Assembly: GCA_963798485.1 (NCBI GenBank)
Contig: CAWCTR010000009.1
Location: 32,001 to 96,000, forward strand
DNA: 64,000 nt
Direction of reading: 5' to 3'
From: an uncultured delta proteobacterium
Lineage (GTDB): Bacteria; Desulfobacterota; Desulfomonilia; UBA1062
Shown: one piece after another, positions 9,246 through 20,233 of the stretch
How the letters are laid out: each line of letters opens with the position of its first letter
Position numbering within the stretch: position 1 is the first letter of the stretch
Notes under the pieces: generated by a model
The model's database searches: none
What the model was told of the DNA's origin: nothing
What the model saw: only the letters and a program-made list of their open reading frames with translations
Program-made: the position numbers and the translations under genes

Positions 9246-12200
9246 TCATTGATCCCCCCCTGATAGATTTACCCCGGCTGTCCCGGCTGATTCATGCTTC
9301 CTTTGTTTGCCGAAGGTCTTTTCGATCAGCACATAGAAGAGCGGTGCAAAAACAACCACCAGGATAGTGCCGGTGATCATCCCTCCCAGCACCGAGGTGC
9401 CGATGGCATTCATGGCCCCTGCTCCCGCGCCCGTGTTCAACGCCAGGGGCAGAACTCCGAAGCCGAAGGCCAGTGAGGTCATGACGATGGGTCGCAGTCT
9501 TAGTTTCGCGGCTTCCAGTGTCGCTTCAATCAGGCCCATGCCTTGTTCTACCCGGGCCTTGGCGAACTGGACGATGAGGATAGCGTTCTTGGTGGTCAGG
9601 CCGAGGGTGGTCAGGAGCCCGATCTGGAAATAAACATCATTGGGCAGTCCTCTAAGCGTTGAGCCGATCACGCCGCCGATGGCTCCCAGGGGAAGGACCA
9701 GCAGGATCGCGATGGGGATGGGCCAGCTCTCGTACAGCGCGGCCAGGCACAGAAAGATCACGAGGATGGAAAAAACGTAAAGGGGACCTGCTTGAGATCG
9801 GGTCATCCGTTCCTGGTAGGAAAGCGCGTTCCAGTCAAATCCGATTCCCTGCGGCAACTTCGAGACGATCTCTTCCATGGCCTGCATCGCCTCGCCGGAA
9901 CTCCTGCCGGGCGCCGGCTCGCCCCATATGTCGAGGGACGAAAAACCATTGAAGCGCTCCAGCCTCGGGGATCCGTTCGTCCAGCGGGTGGATGCAAAAG
10001 AGGTAAACGGCACCATATTCCCTGCCGTATTGCGCACGTAGAGTTTTTCCAGGTCCTTGGGCAGCATGCGGTAAGGCGCATCGGCCTGGGTGTACACCCT
10101 TTTCACCCGGCCACCCTGGATGAAGTTGTTGACATAGGCTCCGCCGAAGGCCGCCGAGATGGTGTCGTAGATAGAGGTAATGGGCAGCCCCTGGGCGCCC
10201 GCCTTTTCCCAGTCCACGTCAACCCGATATTGGGGTACATCTTCCATGCCGTTGGGGCGAACCCGGACCAATCTCGGGTCCTTGGCCGCCATGCCAAGGA
10301 GCTGGTTACGGGCGCTCATCAGGGCGGCATGACCTAGCCCGCCACGGTCCAGCAATTGGAAGTCAAACCCTGTGGCATTACCCATCTCGATGACGGGGGG
10401 AGGCGGGAAGACAAAGACTATGGCTTTGCGGGTTCTTGATAACGCCGCCATGGCCCGTCCGGCAACGGCCTTGACCTTCAAATCCGGCCGGTCGCGGAGC
10501 TTCCAATCCTTCAGCTTGACAAACACCATGCCGTTGTTCTGAGCTCTTCCGGAAAAGCCAGAGCCGGCAATGGTCATACAGGAGTCTACCGCATCTTTTT
10601 CATCCTCCAGAAAATAATGCTGGACATCAACCTCGACCGCCTGAGTCTGCTCCAGAGTGGCACCCGTCGGCAGGAGAACCTGGGCAAGCAGGATTCCCTG
10701 GTCTTCATCCGGGAGATAGCTTGTGGGCATCTTAGTAAACAAGAATCCCAGTCCTGCAACAATCAGGACAAAAACCGCGAGATACCGCAGTTTTCTGGAA
10801 AGCGCATGGCCGACCAGTTTCACATACTGGTTTCTTACCCCGAAAAAGACTCGGTCAAACCACAGGAAAAACGGGCGCAAGAAAAAGACAGCGCCCTCCG
10901 CCGCCTCATGCCCCTTGGCCACCGGCTTGAGAATGGAAGCGCAAAGCACGGGCGTCAGAATCAGGGCCACGGCCACCGACAACAGCATCGCCGCGGCGAT
11001 GGTCACGGAGAACTGGCGATAGATGACCCCGGTAGAGCCGCCGAAAAAGGCCATAGGGCCGAATACGGCGGACAGCACTAACCCGATGCCGATCAGGGCG
11101 CTGGTTATCTGGTCCATGGACTTTGCGGTGGCCTCTTTGGGGGGGAGGCCTTCCTCGCTCATGATGCGTTCGACGTTCTCCACCACCACGATGGCGTCGT
11201 CCACCAAAAGCCCAATGGCCAGCACCATGGCGAACATGGTCAGCATGTTGATCGTGAACCCGAACACCCCCAGCACGGCGAAAGTTCCCAGGATCACGAC
11301 CGGTACCGCGATAGTGGGGATCAGTGTGGCCCGGATGTTCCCCATGAACAGCCACATAACCAGGAAGACCAAGAGAATCGCCTCGAACAGGGTCTTAACC
11401 ACCTCCTCTATGGCCACCTTGACAAAAGGAGTGGTGTCATAGGGGTAGACAACCTTCATCCCCGGTGGGAAGTAATGGCGCATCTCTTCCAATTTGTTCT
11501 TGATGCGGTTTGCGGTATCCAGCGCGTTGGCGCCCGGTTCCAGCCGGATGGCCATGCCGGCGGCCGGTTTGCCATTGTAGAAGTTCTGCATGTCGTAAGT
11601 CTCAGTCCCCAGTTCCGTCCGTCCCACATCTTTGACCCGCACGATGGAGCCGTCCGGATTGGTGTGAAGGGGAACAGCGGCGAACTCCGCCGGGGTCTGG
11701 AGCAGGTTCTGGACAATGATGGAGACATTCAGACGCTGGCCTTTGACCGCCGGCGCCGCGCCGAACTGCCCGGCGGAGACTTCTACGTTGTAGGCCTGCA
11801 GCGCCTGAACCACATCGTCCACGGTCAGGTGGTAATCGGTGAGCTTGTCGGGGTTCAGCCAGACGCGCATCGCATACTGAGAGCCGAACTCCGTGATATC
11901 GCCGACTCCGGACACACGAGCCAGCACTTTTTCCAGGTTGGATTGGGCATAATCGCGCAGGTCGTTGCCGTCCATGCTTCCGTCTTCGGAAATCAGCCCC
12001 ACGATGATCAGGTAGTTCCGGGTGGATTTGCTGACCTGGACACCCATTTGCTGGACCACTTGAGGGAGGCTGGCCATAGCTAGCTGGAGCTTGTTCTGCA
12101 CTTTGGCCCAGGCGATGTTCGGATCGGTCCCCGGCTTGAACGTCAATTGGATATCGGAAGCGCCTGACGAATCGCTCGTGCCTGAAAGATACAGCATGTC

Positions 12201-12425
12201 GTCCAGGCCGGTCATCTTCTGCTCAATGATCTGAGTCACACTGTTTTCCACTGTCTCTGCCGAGGCCCCGGGGTAAGAGGAATCAATGGCGATGGACGGT
12301 GGAGCAATGGGCGGATACTGAGATATGGGCAGGTTATAGATGGCCAGCCCGCCCAGCACCATCATGATAATGGCGATGACCCAGGCAAAGACAGGACGAT
12401 CCAGAAAGAACCTCGATAGCATCAT
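9246..12425 (-). CDS. HAE1 RND efflux transporter (AcrB/MexB family)
   Basis: FFLDRPVFAWVIAI, GLLVDDAIVVVENVER, KNAILIV, RLRPIVMTS; 1059 aa. Confidence 0.97.
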   Translation of the reverse strand: MMLSRFFLDRPVFAWVIAIIMMVLGGLAIYNLPISQYPPIAPPSIAIDSSYPGASAETVENSVTQIIEQKMTGLDDMLYLSGTSDSSGASDIQLTFKPGTDPNIAWAKVQNKLQLAMASLPQVVQQMGVQVSKSTRNYLIIVGLISEDGSMDGNDLRDYAQSNLEKVLARVSGVGDITEFGSQYAMRVWLNPDKLTDYHLTVDDVVQALQAYNVEVSAGQFGAAPAVKGQRLNVSIIVQNLLQTPAEFAAVPLHTNPDGSIVRVKDVGRTELGTETYDMQNFYNGKPAAGMAIRLEPGANALDTANRIKNKLEEMRHYFPPGMKVVYPYDTTPFVKVAIEEVVKTLFEAILLVFLVMWLFMGNIRATLIPTIAVPVVILGTFAVLGVFGFTINMLTMFAMVLAIGLLVDDAIVVVENVERIMSEEGLPPKEATAKSMDQITSALIGIGLVLSAVFGPMAFFGGSTGVIYRQFSVTIAAAMLLSVAVALILTPVLCASILKPVAKGHEAAEGAVFFLRPFFLWFDRVFFGVRNQYVKLVGHALSRKLRYLAVFVLIVAGLGFLFTKMPTSYLPDEDQGILLAQVLLPTGATLEQTQAVEVDVQHYFLEDEKDAVDSCMTIAGSGFSGRAQNNGMVFVKLKDWKLRDRPDLKVKAVAGRAMAALSRTRKAIVFVFPPPPVIEMGNATGFDFQLLDRGGLGHAALMSARNQLLGMAAKDPRLVRVRPNGMEDVPQYRVDVDWEKAGAQGLPITSIYDTISAAFGGAYVNNFIQGGRVKRVYTQADAPYRMLPKDLEKLYVRNTAGNMVPFTSFASTRWTNGSPRLERFNGFSSLDIWGEPAPGRSSGEAMQAMEEIVSKLPQGIGFDWNALSYQERMTRSQAGPLYVFSILVIFLCLAALYESWPIPIAILLVLPLGAIGGVIGSTLRGLPNDVYFQIGLLTTLGLTTKNAILIVQFAKARVEQGMGLIEATLEAAKLRLRPIVMTSLAFGFGVLPLALNTGAGAGAMNAIGTSVLGGMITGTILVVVFAPLFYVLIEKTFGKQRKHESAGTAGVNLSGGDQ

Positions 12426-12434
12426 GCGCCTCCG

Positions 12435-13649
12435 TCAATTCGATTTTGCAGGTAGTCGGGCCGCATTCTTACGTTCCCCGCTGTTTTTTCCTCTACCTGC
12501 ATCAAAAGGAACAACCTTCACAGAAGCGCCGGGTTTCACCTTCTGCATCCCCTCGACGATGATCCGCTCGCCGGCAGCAAGACCCGAGGCTACCAACCAC
12601 TGGTCGCCGATGGCCCGGTCGAGCGTAGGCTGACGCTTTTGGACTTTACCTTCGGCATCCACGATCAGCACGAGAGGGTTCCCCTTGGGATCGCGGGACA
12701 CGGCCTGCTGAGGAATGAGGATGGCCTTTCTATTGACACCTTCCTGCAACACAGCCCGTACGAACATGCCCGGAAGAAGGACGTCCTTGGGGTTGGGAAA
12801 GACAGCCCGCAAGATAACGGTCCCGGTGGATTGGTCCACCGTGACGTCGCGAAACTGCAATGTCCCCTCCAGGGGATACGCCGTACCATCATCCAAAATG
12901 AGTTTGACCTTTTTCTGATTTGGTCCGCTCTGATCCAGATGGTCACTCTCCATGCCGTACTCCAGTCGCAGCAGTTCGCCAGTGGATTGTGGAACGTCCA
13001 CGTAAATGGGGTCGAACTGTTGAATAGTCGCCAGGGGCGTAGGCTGATTTGCCGTCACCAGAGCGCCTTCAGTCACATTAGATTTACCAGTACGGCCGGA
13101 AATGGGCGCGGTGACACGGGTATACCCCAGGTTGATGCGGGCGGATTCCACCGACGCCTTCCAAAATTTAATATCAGCCTCAGCCTGCCTGAAGGCGGAG
13201 TCCGCATCGTCGAAGTCCTGCTGGCTCACGGCTTTGTCGGCAAGTAAATCATGGTAACGTCCAGCCCTTGATCGAATGGAGGGAAGATTGGCTTCCGCCT
13301 TGGCAAGGGAGGCCATGGCACTGTCGTATGCTGCCTGAAACGGGGCGGGATCAATCCGGTAAAGGACCGCGCCAGCCTTGACGCCTGAGCCCTCGTTGAA
13401 TAGGCGTTTCTGAATGATGCCACTGATCTGCGGGCGAACCTCTGCGACCAGGTATGCGGACGTTCGGCCCGGAAGCTCGGTGGTTAACGATAACGGCTGC
13501 TCTTTGACAGTCATCGTAACCACTTCCGGAGGGGGGGGTGACGATTGGGCTTTCTGCCGGCTGCATGCATCTAACAGGAATGCGCATACCAGAATAAACA
13601 GAAGAAAGGATGTGGTGATTCGATCGAGTTTTGTACGGGACTTCATCAT
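12435..13649 (-). CDS. RND periplasmic adaptor (AcrA/MexA family)
   Basis: Lipobox, ELPGRT, AEVRPQISG, APISGR, LLPGMFVR. Confidence 0.95.
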   Translation of the reverse strand: MMKSRTKLDRITTSFLLFILVCAFLLDACSRQKAQSSPPPPEVVTMTVKEQPLSLTTELPGRTSAYLVAEVRPQISGIIQKRLFNEGSGVKAGAVLYRIDPAPFQAAYDSAMASLAKAEANLPSIRSRAGRYHDLLADKAVSQQDFDDADSAFRQAEADIKFWKASVESARINLGYTRVTAPISGRTGKSNVTEGALVTANQPTPLATIQQFDPIYVDVPQSTGELLRLEYGMESDHLDQSGPNQKKVKLILDDGTAYPLEGTLQFRDVTVDQSTGTVILRAVFPNPKDVLLPGMFVRAVLQEGVNRKAILIPQQAVSRDPKGNPLVLIVDAEGKVQKRQPTLDRAIGDQWLVASGLAAGERIIVEGMQKVKPGASVKVVPFDAGRGKNSGERKNAARLPAKSN

Positions 13650-13707
13650 GTACCTCCGACTCTTTCAATTACACAAACTTCCTGGGAGACCGAAACACCG
13701 CGCTGAA

Positions 13708-14334
13708 TCACTGGTCCACCAGGCCTTTGAAAAGGATGTTCAAGACAGCATCCGGATCTTCCGGGTAAGGATGTCGTTCGGGCGCTTCAAGCCAAAGGAT
13801 AAGGATGGCATTGGTGATGCTCTGGAGGGCTACGGCCAAGGAGTAAGGGTCGGCGATTCCCTTGAATCGGTTCCTTTCAATCCCACTGGCAAAGACTGAA
13901 GCGATGGTCTGTGTAACCTCGTTTTGCATCTCACGAATTTCAGAATCCAGTCCCGCCATGGGATTGAAGCTCGCCCCCTGAGTCTCTGCAAAAAAGAGAC
14001 GGATCGCCGAAACGTTGGTTCGGAAAACATCGCCTTTGACCCTGACAAATTCTCGGAGTTTTTCGATCTCGTCCTCTTTTGCTTCTATCGCCCTCATGAG
14101 TTCAATATGGAATCTATTGGCCAGTTCGAGCATAAGGACTTTATAGAGGTCTTCTTTGTTCTTAAATAATTTATAGAGCGTGCCTAGGGCAAACTCAGCT
14201 TTTCCGGCGATCTCGTGCATTGTGACGTTGTGGTATCCCTTCTCCGAGAACAGGCTTAAGGCCGCTTCCAACATCTCTTGCCGTTGCCACGCCTTCTCCC
14301 TTTCTCTCCTTGGAAGCTTCATTTCTTCAACCAT
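13708..14334 (-). CDS. TetR/AcrR family regulator
   Basis: N-terminal HTH AALSLFSEKGYHNVTMHEIA...GTLYKLFKNKEDL. First gene of the RND operon. Confidence 0.92.
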   Translation of the reverse strand: MVEEMKLPRREREKAWQRQEMLEAALSLFSEKGYHNVTMHEIAGKAEFALGTLYKLFKNKEDLYKVLMLELANRFHIELMRAIEAKEDEIEKLREFVRVKGDVFRTNVSAIRLFFAETQGASFNPMAGLDSEIREMQNEVTQTIASVFASGIERNRFKGIADPYSLAVALQSITNAILILWLEAPERHPYPEDPDAVLNILFKGLVDQ

Positions 14335-14585
14335 ACGATCTCCTGCCGTGAAGCATCCATCTTTAATATGAATGTTATGTCATTTATTAGAACGGTATAT
14401 CACATCAGTCAACATCATATAGAAATATATATCGAGATGGGATTCTATAATGGAAAAGATTACATTGTCTTATTGTTATATTATACAAATAATTATACAC
14501 AACCCATGGATACGGTAACCAATGGTTGCAATAATCACAAGAATGCTTAACATTAAAATATAACATGACCATAGGAGGTTGAATA

Positions 14586-15611
14586 ATGCGCTACATCCCC
14601 TTGGGCAAGACAGGTATCACGGTATCCGAGGTGGGTTTTGGGGGCATTCCCATAATCCGCCTCGACGAAGACAAAGCCGTGAGAGTACTGCGCAGGGCTT
14701 ATGAGTCGGGAATAACCATGTACGACACGGCCAATGCCTACCTTGATAGTGAAAAGAAGATCGGACGTGCCTTGGGAGATGTGCGGGACAAGGTCATACT
14801 TGCCACCAAGACGGGTCACAGAGACGCACCTGGTGCTGTTGAACAACTGGAGAACTCTCTTCGCTTGATGAAGACGGATTATATAGACATATACCAGCTG
14901 CATCAGATAGCCCATGAAAGAGATTGGGATATCGTTACCGGACCAGGCGGTGCGATGGAGGCCTTAATCAAGGCAAAGGAACAGGGCAAGATCAGATACA
15001 TCGGGGTTACTTCGCATAGCCTCTCAATGGCGGTGAGGCTTGTTAAAACAGGCATGTTCAGCACCGTGCAATTTCCGTTCAACTTCATAGAGGATGCTGC
15101 TAAACACGAGCTCCACATTGCTGCGCGTGAACGCGGGATGGGGATCCTTGCCATGAAACCTTTTGCCGGAGGGATGATCGACAATGCCGGAATTGCTTTC
15201 AAGTTCCTACGGGAACACCCCGATGTCATAGCCCTGCCGGGTTTCGATTCATCAGAAAGGGTTGATGAAATTGTCTCTTTCTACCGGCAGCCGAACACGG
15301 TGACGGAAGAAGACCTCAAGCTCATGGAAAAATATCGCATTGAGCTGGGTAAGCAGTTTTGCCGGAGGTGTGAATACTGCCAGCCGTGCCCTCAAGGTGT
15401 AATGATCACCGTGGCCATGGGCTATAAGGTGATTGCATCCAGGATGTCGCCCCGGGTCGCAGTCGAATTTTCCAAGATCCCCATGGAAAGCGTTTCATTG
15501 TGCACGGAATGCAGGGAATGTGTCGACCGCTGCCCCTATGAGCTGCCGATCCCGGATATGCTCAAGGTGCATTACGACCTATACGAACAGCACAAGGCAG
15601 AAAACAAATGA
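14586..15611 (+). CDS. Aldo/keto reductase with C-terminal 4Fe-4S dicluster
   Basis: LGKTG, DTANAY, DYIDIYQLH, CRRCEYCQPCP and CTECRECVDRCP. Confidence 0.92.
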   Translation: MRYIPLGKTGITVSEVGFGGIPIIRLDEDKAVRVLRRAYESGITMYDTANAYLDSEKKIGRALGDVRDKVILATKTGHRDAPGAVEQLENSLRLMKTDYIDIYQLHQIAHERDWDIVTGPGGAMEALIKAKEQGKIRYIGVTSHSLSMAVRLVKTGMFSTVQFPFNFIEDAAKHELHIAARERGMGILAMKPFAGGMIDNAGIAFKFLREHPDVIALPGFDSSERVDEIVSFYRQPNTVTEEDLKLMEKYRIELGKQFCRRCEYCQPCPQGVMITVAMGYKVIASRMSPRVAVEFSKIPMESVSLCTECRECVDRCPYELPIPDMLKVHYDLYEQHKAENK

Positions 15612-15694
15612 GAAGATGCATCAAGGACCTTGCTGAGAATCCGATCTCGTCCTGGATTCAGGCAATCAAATTGATCAGCTAAGATTAAGGCATT

Positions 15695-16153
15695 CTATGT
15701 ATTTCCCCCAAGGCTTACTACAAACTGCCTGCCGAGTTCGTAGCATGTTCTCTTTGCTTCCTCATTTATTGGTCGTCCGAATTCAGCCGTTTCACCTACT
15801 CTCGTAAAGAATCTCTGAGCAAAAGAGTCCAGTGGCTGCCTCACTTTTCCACCGCCTCCATGAGATGTAAAGAGAACAGCCGGTTTCCCTTTTACAGGTT
15901 CGCCTGATTGGTCCCAAAGATACATATCGTCAAAAAAAGTCTTGATGGTACCAGCAGGGTACGAGAAATAATCAGGCGTACCAAGAGCGACCGCATCGGC
16001 TGACATGAATTCCTTCATAGTTACCCGATGTTCATTTGTGTTAATGAGCTCCACATCGGCACCAGCTTCTCGAACTCCATCCGCAAGGGCTTCTGCGAGT
16101 ATTTTTGTGTTTCCAAATTGCTGGCTATGATAAATGACGAGGATTTTTTTCAT
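15695..16153 (-). CDS. Flavodoxin-like (WrbA-type) protein
   Basis: IYHSQQFGNT, LGTPDYF, FTSHGGG. Start moved to MKKILV after the GGAGG RBS. Confidence 0.85.
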   Translation of the reverse strand: MKKILVIYHSQQFGNTKILAEALADGVREAGADVELINTNEHRVTMKEFMSADAVALGTPDYFSYPAGTIKTFFDDMYLWDQSGEPVKGKPAVLFTSHGGGGKVRQPLDSFAQRFFTRVGETAEFGRPINEEAKRTCYELGRQFVVSLGGNT

Positions 16154-16323
16154 ATTGTAACCTCCGGTCAGATGAATAATATATACCATACTCTAAGTTG
16201 AGAAAGTGTATGAAAATCTTAAGGAGATAGTTGATCCTAAACATGAATTTACGTCCTTATTGAGATGTAATCCGGGCTCAAATTATAGGATACCTGATAC
16301 AGCACGTGGTTATAGAAACAGCC

Positions 16324-16359
16324 TTGACAACAACTCCTTTTTATACTTAGATTATCTAA
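16324..16359 (+). promoter_or_regulatory. Sigma70-like promoter overlapped by a palindromic operator (probable MarR autoregulation)
   Basis: TTGACA at 16324 and TAGATT at 16348. Palindrome TTAGAT-T-ATCTAA at 16347-16359 directly upstream of the MarR gene. Confidence 0.55.
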
Positions 16360-16379
16360 TAATTAGAAAAGGAAACTAT

Positions 16380-16835
16380 ATGTCCATTTCACCCACAGGA
16401 ACAGCCCATGAAGTTTTAGAAGTAGTGCCGCTGGTGATGCGAACAGTCCGTACCCAGATGCGTAGCTCCCGTTCGTTCAATCTTTCTGTGCCTCAGTTCC
16501 GGACTCTCGGCTTTGTAAACCGCCACCCCGGAACATCGTTATCGGATGTAGCGGAACATGTGGGTCTGACCTTGCCTTCTATGTGCAAACTAATTGACGG
16601 CCTTGTGAAACGTAAACTCATAGCACGCCGGAGCCATCCAAGCGATCGACGCCGCATAACCCTTGACCTCTCCAGCAAAGGCGGTGCACTGCTCCAGTCG
16701 GCCCGGGAATCTACGCAGGAATCGCTCGCAGAGAGGCTCTCTGCGCTTCATGAAGATGACCGGGTGACGATTGTACATGCTATGCAAATTCTCCACCGGC
16801 TATTCGCACCTACGGACTTAAGGGGGCAGCCATGA
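16380..16835 (+). CDS. MarR family regulator
   Basis: LSVPQFRTL, SLSDVAEHVG, HPSDRRRI. Start moved to MSISPTG. Confidence 0.92.
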   Translation: MSISPTGTAHEVLEVVPLVMRTVRTQMRSSRSFNLSVPQFRTLGFVNRHPGTSLSDVAEHVGLTLPSMCKLIDGLVKRKLIARRSHPSDRRRITLDLSSKGGALLQSARESTQESLAERLSALHEDDRVTIVHAMQILHRLFAPTDLRGQP

Positions 16836-17635
16836 CAATCCTGAGCATTAACCGACTTACCCGACGATTCGGGACGCTTGCCGCTGTAGATGATCTGACC
16901 CTTTCGGTTGAGGAAGGAGAAGTATTCGGGCTGCTCGGGCCGAATGGAGCCGGGAAAACAACTCTCATCAAAATGTTGACGACTCTGCTCCCGCCGACCT
17001 CGGGCAATGCTGAAATAGCAGGCTATGATATCCTTCGTCACTCCGGTGATGTACGTCGTATCATTGGTTATGTCCCCCAGATGCTTTCCGCTGACGGCAA
17101 TCTTACAGGATATGAAAATCTTCTCGTGTTTGCCAAGCTGTACAATATTCCGAGGGCCGAACGAAATAATCGCGTCCATGGGGCGCTGCAGCTCATGGAA
17201 CTTACCGATGCCGCAGACAAGATCGTCCGCACGTACTCGGGCGGTATGATCCGTCGGCTGGAAATAGCTCAATCCATGCTTCACAGACCGCGTCTGCTGT
17301 TTCTGGACGAACCCACCATTGGTCTTGATCCGCTGGCACGCGGGGCGGTATGGGAATATATTGAGCTCCTGCGGGCCGAATACGGAACCACTATCTTTTT
17401 GACCACACATTACATGGAAGAGGCTGATATCCTTTGTACCCGTATCTCGATCATGCACATGGGAAAGGTTGTTGTCACCGGGACCCCGGCAGAACTGAAG
17501 GAATCCATAGGGGCGGACGGCGCGACATTGGATCACGTCTTTGCCCACTATGCAGGGGCCGAACTTAAATCGGAAAATGGAAGGGGTTACCGTGAGGTCT
17601 CAAGAACAAGAAGGACTGCGCGGAGGCTTGGTTAG
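16832..17635 (+). CDS. ABC exporter ATP-binding protein (DrrA-like)
   Basis: GPNGAGKT, YSGGM, LFLDEPT, TTHYMEEA. Confidence 0.95.
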   Translation: MTILSINRLTRRFGTLAAVDDLTLSVEEGEVFGLLGPNGAGKTTLIKMLTTLLPPTSGNAEIAGYDILRHSGDVRRIIGYVPQMLSADGNLTGYENLLVFAKLYNIPRAERNNRVHGALQLMELTDAADKIVRTYSGGMIRRLEIAQSMLHRPRLLFLDEPTIGLDPLARGAVWEYIELLRAEYGTTIFLTTHYMEEADILCTRISIMHMGKVVVTGTPAELKESIGADGATLDHVFAHYAGAELKSENGRGYREVSRTRRTARRLG

Positions 17636-17636
17636 T

Positions 17637-18443
17637 ATGTCCGGGTCGGTATGGATGGACGTGATATCATGCATCTTCAATTTTATTGATAAAACCTTCG
17701 TGATTGCAGAGGTTGAAGTACGAAAACTACGGCATGACTACTTTGAATTGATCACCCGCTCGATTCAGCCTATCCTATGGCTTCTCATCTTAGGGCAAGT
17801 CTTCAATCGTACGCACACGATACCTACAGGAAATTTATCCTATATCTCGTATATGGCACCCGGCATCCTGGCGCAGAGTGTTCTCTTCGTTGCGATATTC
17901 TTCGGTATCGCGATCATCTGGGAGAGGGATCTGGGAATTCTCCACAAGTTCCTGGCAAGCCCTACACCGCGTGCAGCACTTGTTTTGGGGAAAGCCCTCT
18001 CAGCGGGCGTGCGCGGTCTTTCACAGGCAGCCATTATCTATATCACATCCCTCCTGCTTGGAGTTCAGATGAACTGGAATATTCCTGCGATCGTTATAAT
18101 GTTAGCGATTGTGATCCTTGGTTCAGGTCTTTTCGCAACTTTTTCCCTGATCGTTGCCTGCATCGTGAAGACTCGCGACCGGTTCATGGGTATCGGTCAG
18201 ATTCTGACCATGCCGCTCTTTTTTGCCAGTAATGCACTTTATCCCATATCCATGATGCCTCATTGGCTGCAGTTTTTCTCCCGCATCAATCCACTGACAT
18301 ACGAAGTGGATGCATTGCGTGCATTGATGGTGAGTGGGGCGGTAAGTGCCTATGGCGTGGGTACGGATGTGGTCATTTTGCTCCTTTCATTAACTCTTCT
18401 CGTCGGAATCGGTGCGTGGATGTACCCGAAAATTGTGATTTGA
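17637..18443 (+). CDS. ABC-2 type permease (DrrB-like)
   Basis: QPILWL, APGILAQ, WERDLG, NPLTY. Hydrophobic; follows the ATPase. Confidence 0.92.
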   Translation: MSGSVWMDVISCIFNFIDKTFVIAEVEVRKLRHDYFELITRSIQPILWLLILGQVFNRTHTIPTGNLSYISYMAPGILAQSVLFVAIFFGIAIIWERDLGILHKFLASPTPRAALVLGKALSAGVRGLSQAAIIYITSLLLGVQMNWNIPAIVIMLAIVILGSGLFATFSLIVACIVKTRDRFMGIGQILTMPLFFASNALYPISMMPHWLQFFSRINPLTYEVDALRALMVSGAVSAYGVGTDVVILLLSLTLLVGIGAWMYPKIVI

Positions 18444-18568
18444 AAATGAAATGTGTCCCCCACAAATAGCTGGAATCAGTAAGGCTGCAACCGGGGGAAA
18501 GCCCGCGAAGATTGCTTTCAATTATTATCTGTACAGCAAGAGCTTACCTTAGGTAAAAAGAGATAGAC

Positions 18569-19843
18569 ATGCGAGTGCTCCTCATCTCCGCCAATACGGA
18601 ACAGATAAATATACTTCCCTTACCTCTCGGTCTGAATTGCGTTGCTGTGGCAACGCGAAACGCCGGGCATGAGGTGCAATTGCTTGACCTTATGGCCCAA
18701 AGGAATAACCGGTTGTCTGTCATGGAGGAACTTGAGGCCTTTCATCCCGAGGCAATAGGCATCTCCGTGAGGAACATCGACGACCAGAATATGAAAAACC
18801 CCAGATTCCTCCTGGATCACGTTAAAAAGGTGGTGGAAGACTGCCGGAGCCTTTCCTCTGCCCCTATCATTCTGGGAGGTGCAGGCTACAGTATATTTCC
18901 GGAAAGTGCCTTACAATATCTGGAAGCCGACATGGGGATACAGGGAGAAGGTGAGGCGGCATTCCCCATCCTTCTGGATCGGATCGAACGAGGTGTAGGC
19001 CTCTCGGGTGTGCCAGGGCTCTATGTACGGGGTCTCGGCCTCCAGGCGCAAAGGGAGTTTGTGGAAGATGCGGATGCATTACCTCTTCCTGATCCTCATA
19101 TTTCATCTCTCTCAGCCCCCGATTATCAAGAAATCTGGATGCCGGTTCAGACAAGGCGCGGCTGTCCCATGAACTGCAGTTTTTGCTCTACCGGGACTAT
19201 CGAGGGCCGTTCAATCAGGATGCGAAGCCCGGAGCTCGTCTTGAAGCAAATTGCCGGTCATGTCGACGTCGGCTTCCGGACGTTCTATTTTGTCGATAAC
19301 ACCTTCAATATTCCGCTGCATTATGCTAAAGAAATTTGCCGCAAGCTCATAGAAAGCCGGCTGAACATATCCTGGAGGTGCATCCTTTACCCCGGCATGG
19401 TTGATGAAGAGTTTGTCGAGCTTCTGGCAAAGGCCGGCTGCATAGAAGTCAGCCTGGGTTTTGAAAGCGGCTGCGAGCGAATCCTGCGCATGATGAACAA
19501 AAAATATGCTCCCAAGACCATTCTACGAACTTCCGAGATGCTTAAGGATGCCGGCATCAAGAGGATGGGATTCCTCCTCCTGGGAGGGCCCGGCGAAACA
19601 AAGGAGTCTGTTGAAGAGAGCCTCTCCTTTGCCGATTCGCTGCAGCTGGATGCATTAAAAGTAACTGTAGGCATCCGTATCTATCCTCACACGGCTTTAG
19701 CGAAAACCGCCATGGACGAAGGTTTGATCCTGACGGAAGAAGAGCTCCTTTTGCCGAGATTTTATATGGTTAAAGAACTTGATGACTGGCTGAACAATAC
19801 CATGAGCATGTGGATGGCTGACCGGCCTCATTGGATGCATTAA
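18569..19843 (+). CDS. B12-binding-domain radical SAM protein
   Basis: N-terminal B12-binding-like domain (PLGL...GISVRNIDD...LGG) and CPMNCSFC (CxxxCxxC). Confidence 0.9.
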   Translation: MRVLLISANTEQINILPLPLGLNCVAVATRNAGHEVQLLDLMAQRNNRLSVMEELEAFHPEAIGISVRNIDDQNMKNPRFLLDHVKKVVEDCRSLSSAPIILGGAGYSIFPESALQYLEADMGIQGEGEAAFPILLDRIERGVGLSGVPGLYVRGLGLQAQREFVEDADALPLPDPHISSLSAPDYQEIWMPVQTRRGCPMNCSFCSTGTIEGRSIRMRSPELVLKQIAGHVDVGFRTFYFVDNTFNIPLHYAKEICRKLIESRLNISWRCILYPGMVDEEFVELLAKAGCIEVSLGFESGCERILRMMNKKYAPKTILRTSEMLKDAGIKRMGFLLLGGPGETKESVEESLSFADSLQLDALKVTVGIRIYPHTALAKTAMDEGLILTEEELLLPRFYMVKELDDWLNNTMSMWMADRPHWMH

Positions 19844-19928
19844 GTTGAGCTTGAAACGAGACATGAGGTGTGATGAATCCCAATTGTCAATGCTGGTACA
19901 GGTGACAAAGATAATATCCATGAACTGA

Positions 19929-20222
19929 TCACTGCTCGCCCTTGCCGGTTCCCGACTCCTCAGAGGCATCCTGTCTGTCCAGCATCACCCTCACCTTTGG
20001 CGGCAGGTAAGTCATATCAGAATCGGTCTTCCCTATGGCCTCGAGGATCAGCCTGTTCTTCTCCCGGTATGGGGCATGCTCGTCGAAGATCACATGTACC
20101 CTGCCTTCCACCCGGCAGACCCCGCCTTTACGGTTGATCCTGTCTTCAATGACCTCGATCCCGGCTGAGGATGCCGTCTCGTAGAGCAACACGAAGAGTT
20201 CTCTATCCTTGCGATCGTACAT
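19929..20222 (-). CDS. Hypothetical protein
   Basis: 97-aa ORF with GGVCRVEG and YLPPKVR; co-oriented with neighbours. Confidence 0.6.
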   Translation of the reverse strand: MYDRKDRELFVLLYETASSAGIEVIEDRINRKGGVCRVEGRVHVIFDEHAPYREKNRLILEAIGKTDSDMTYLPPKVRVMLDRQDASEESGTGKGEQ

Positions 20223-20233
20223 ATCTTCGAGCG

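Noticed and set aside
8045-13899. Numerous antisense and alternate-frame ORFs over the RND operon (also over the etf/acs block and the Mo enzyme)
   Set aside because: Shadow ORFs caused by GC-rich codon usage; no recognisable motifs.
18470-18530. Cobalamin riboswitch upstream of the B12 radical SAM gene
   Set aside because: Only a short hairpin; no B12 box, and the intergenic space is too small.
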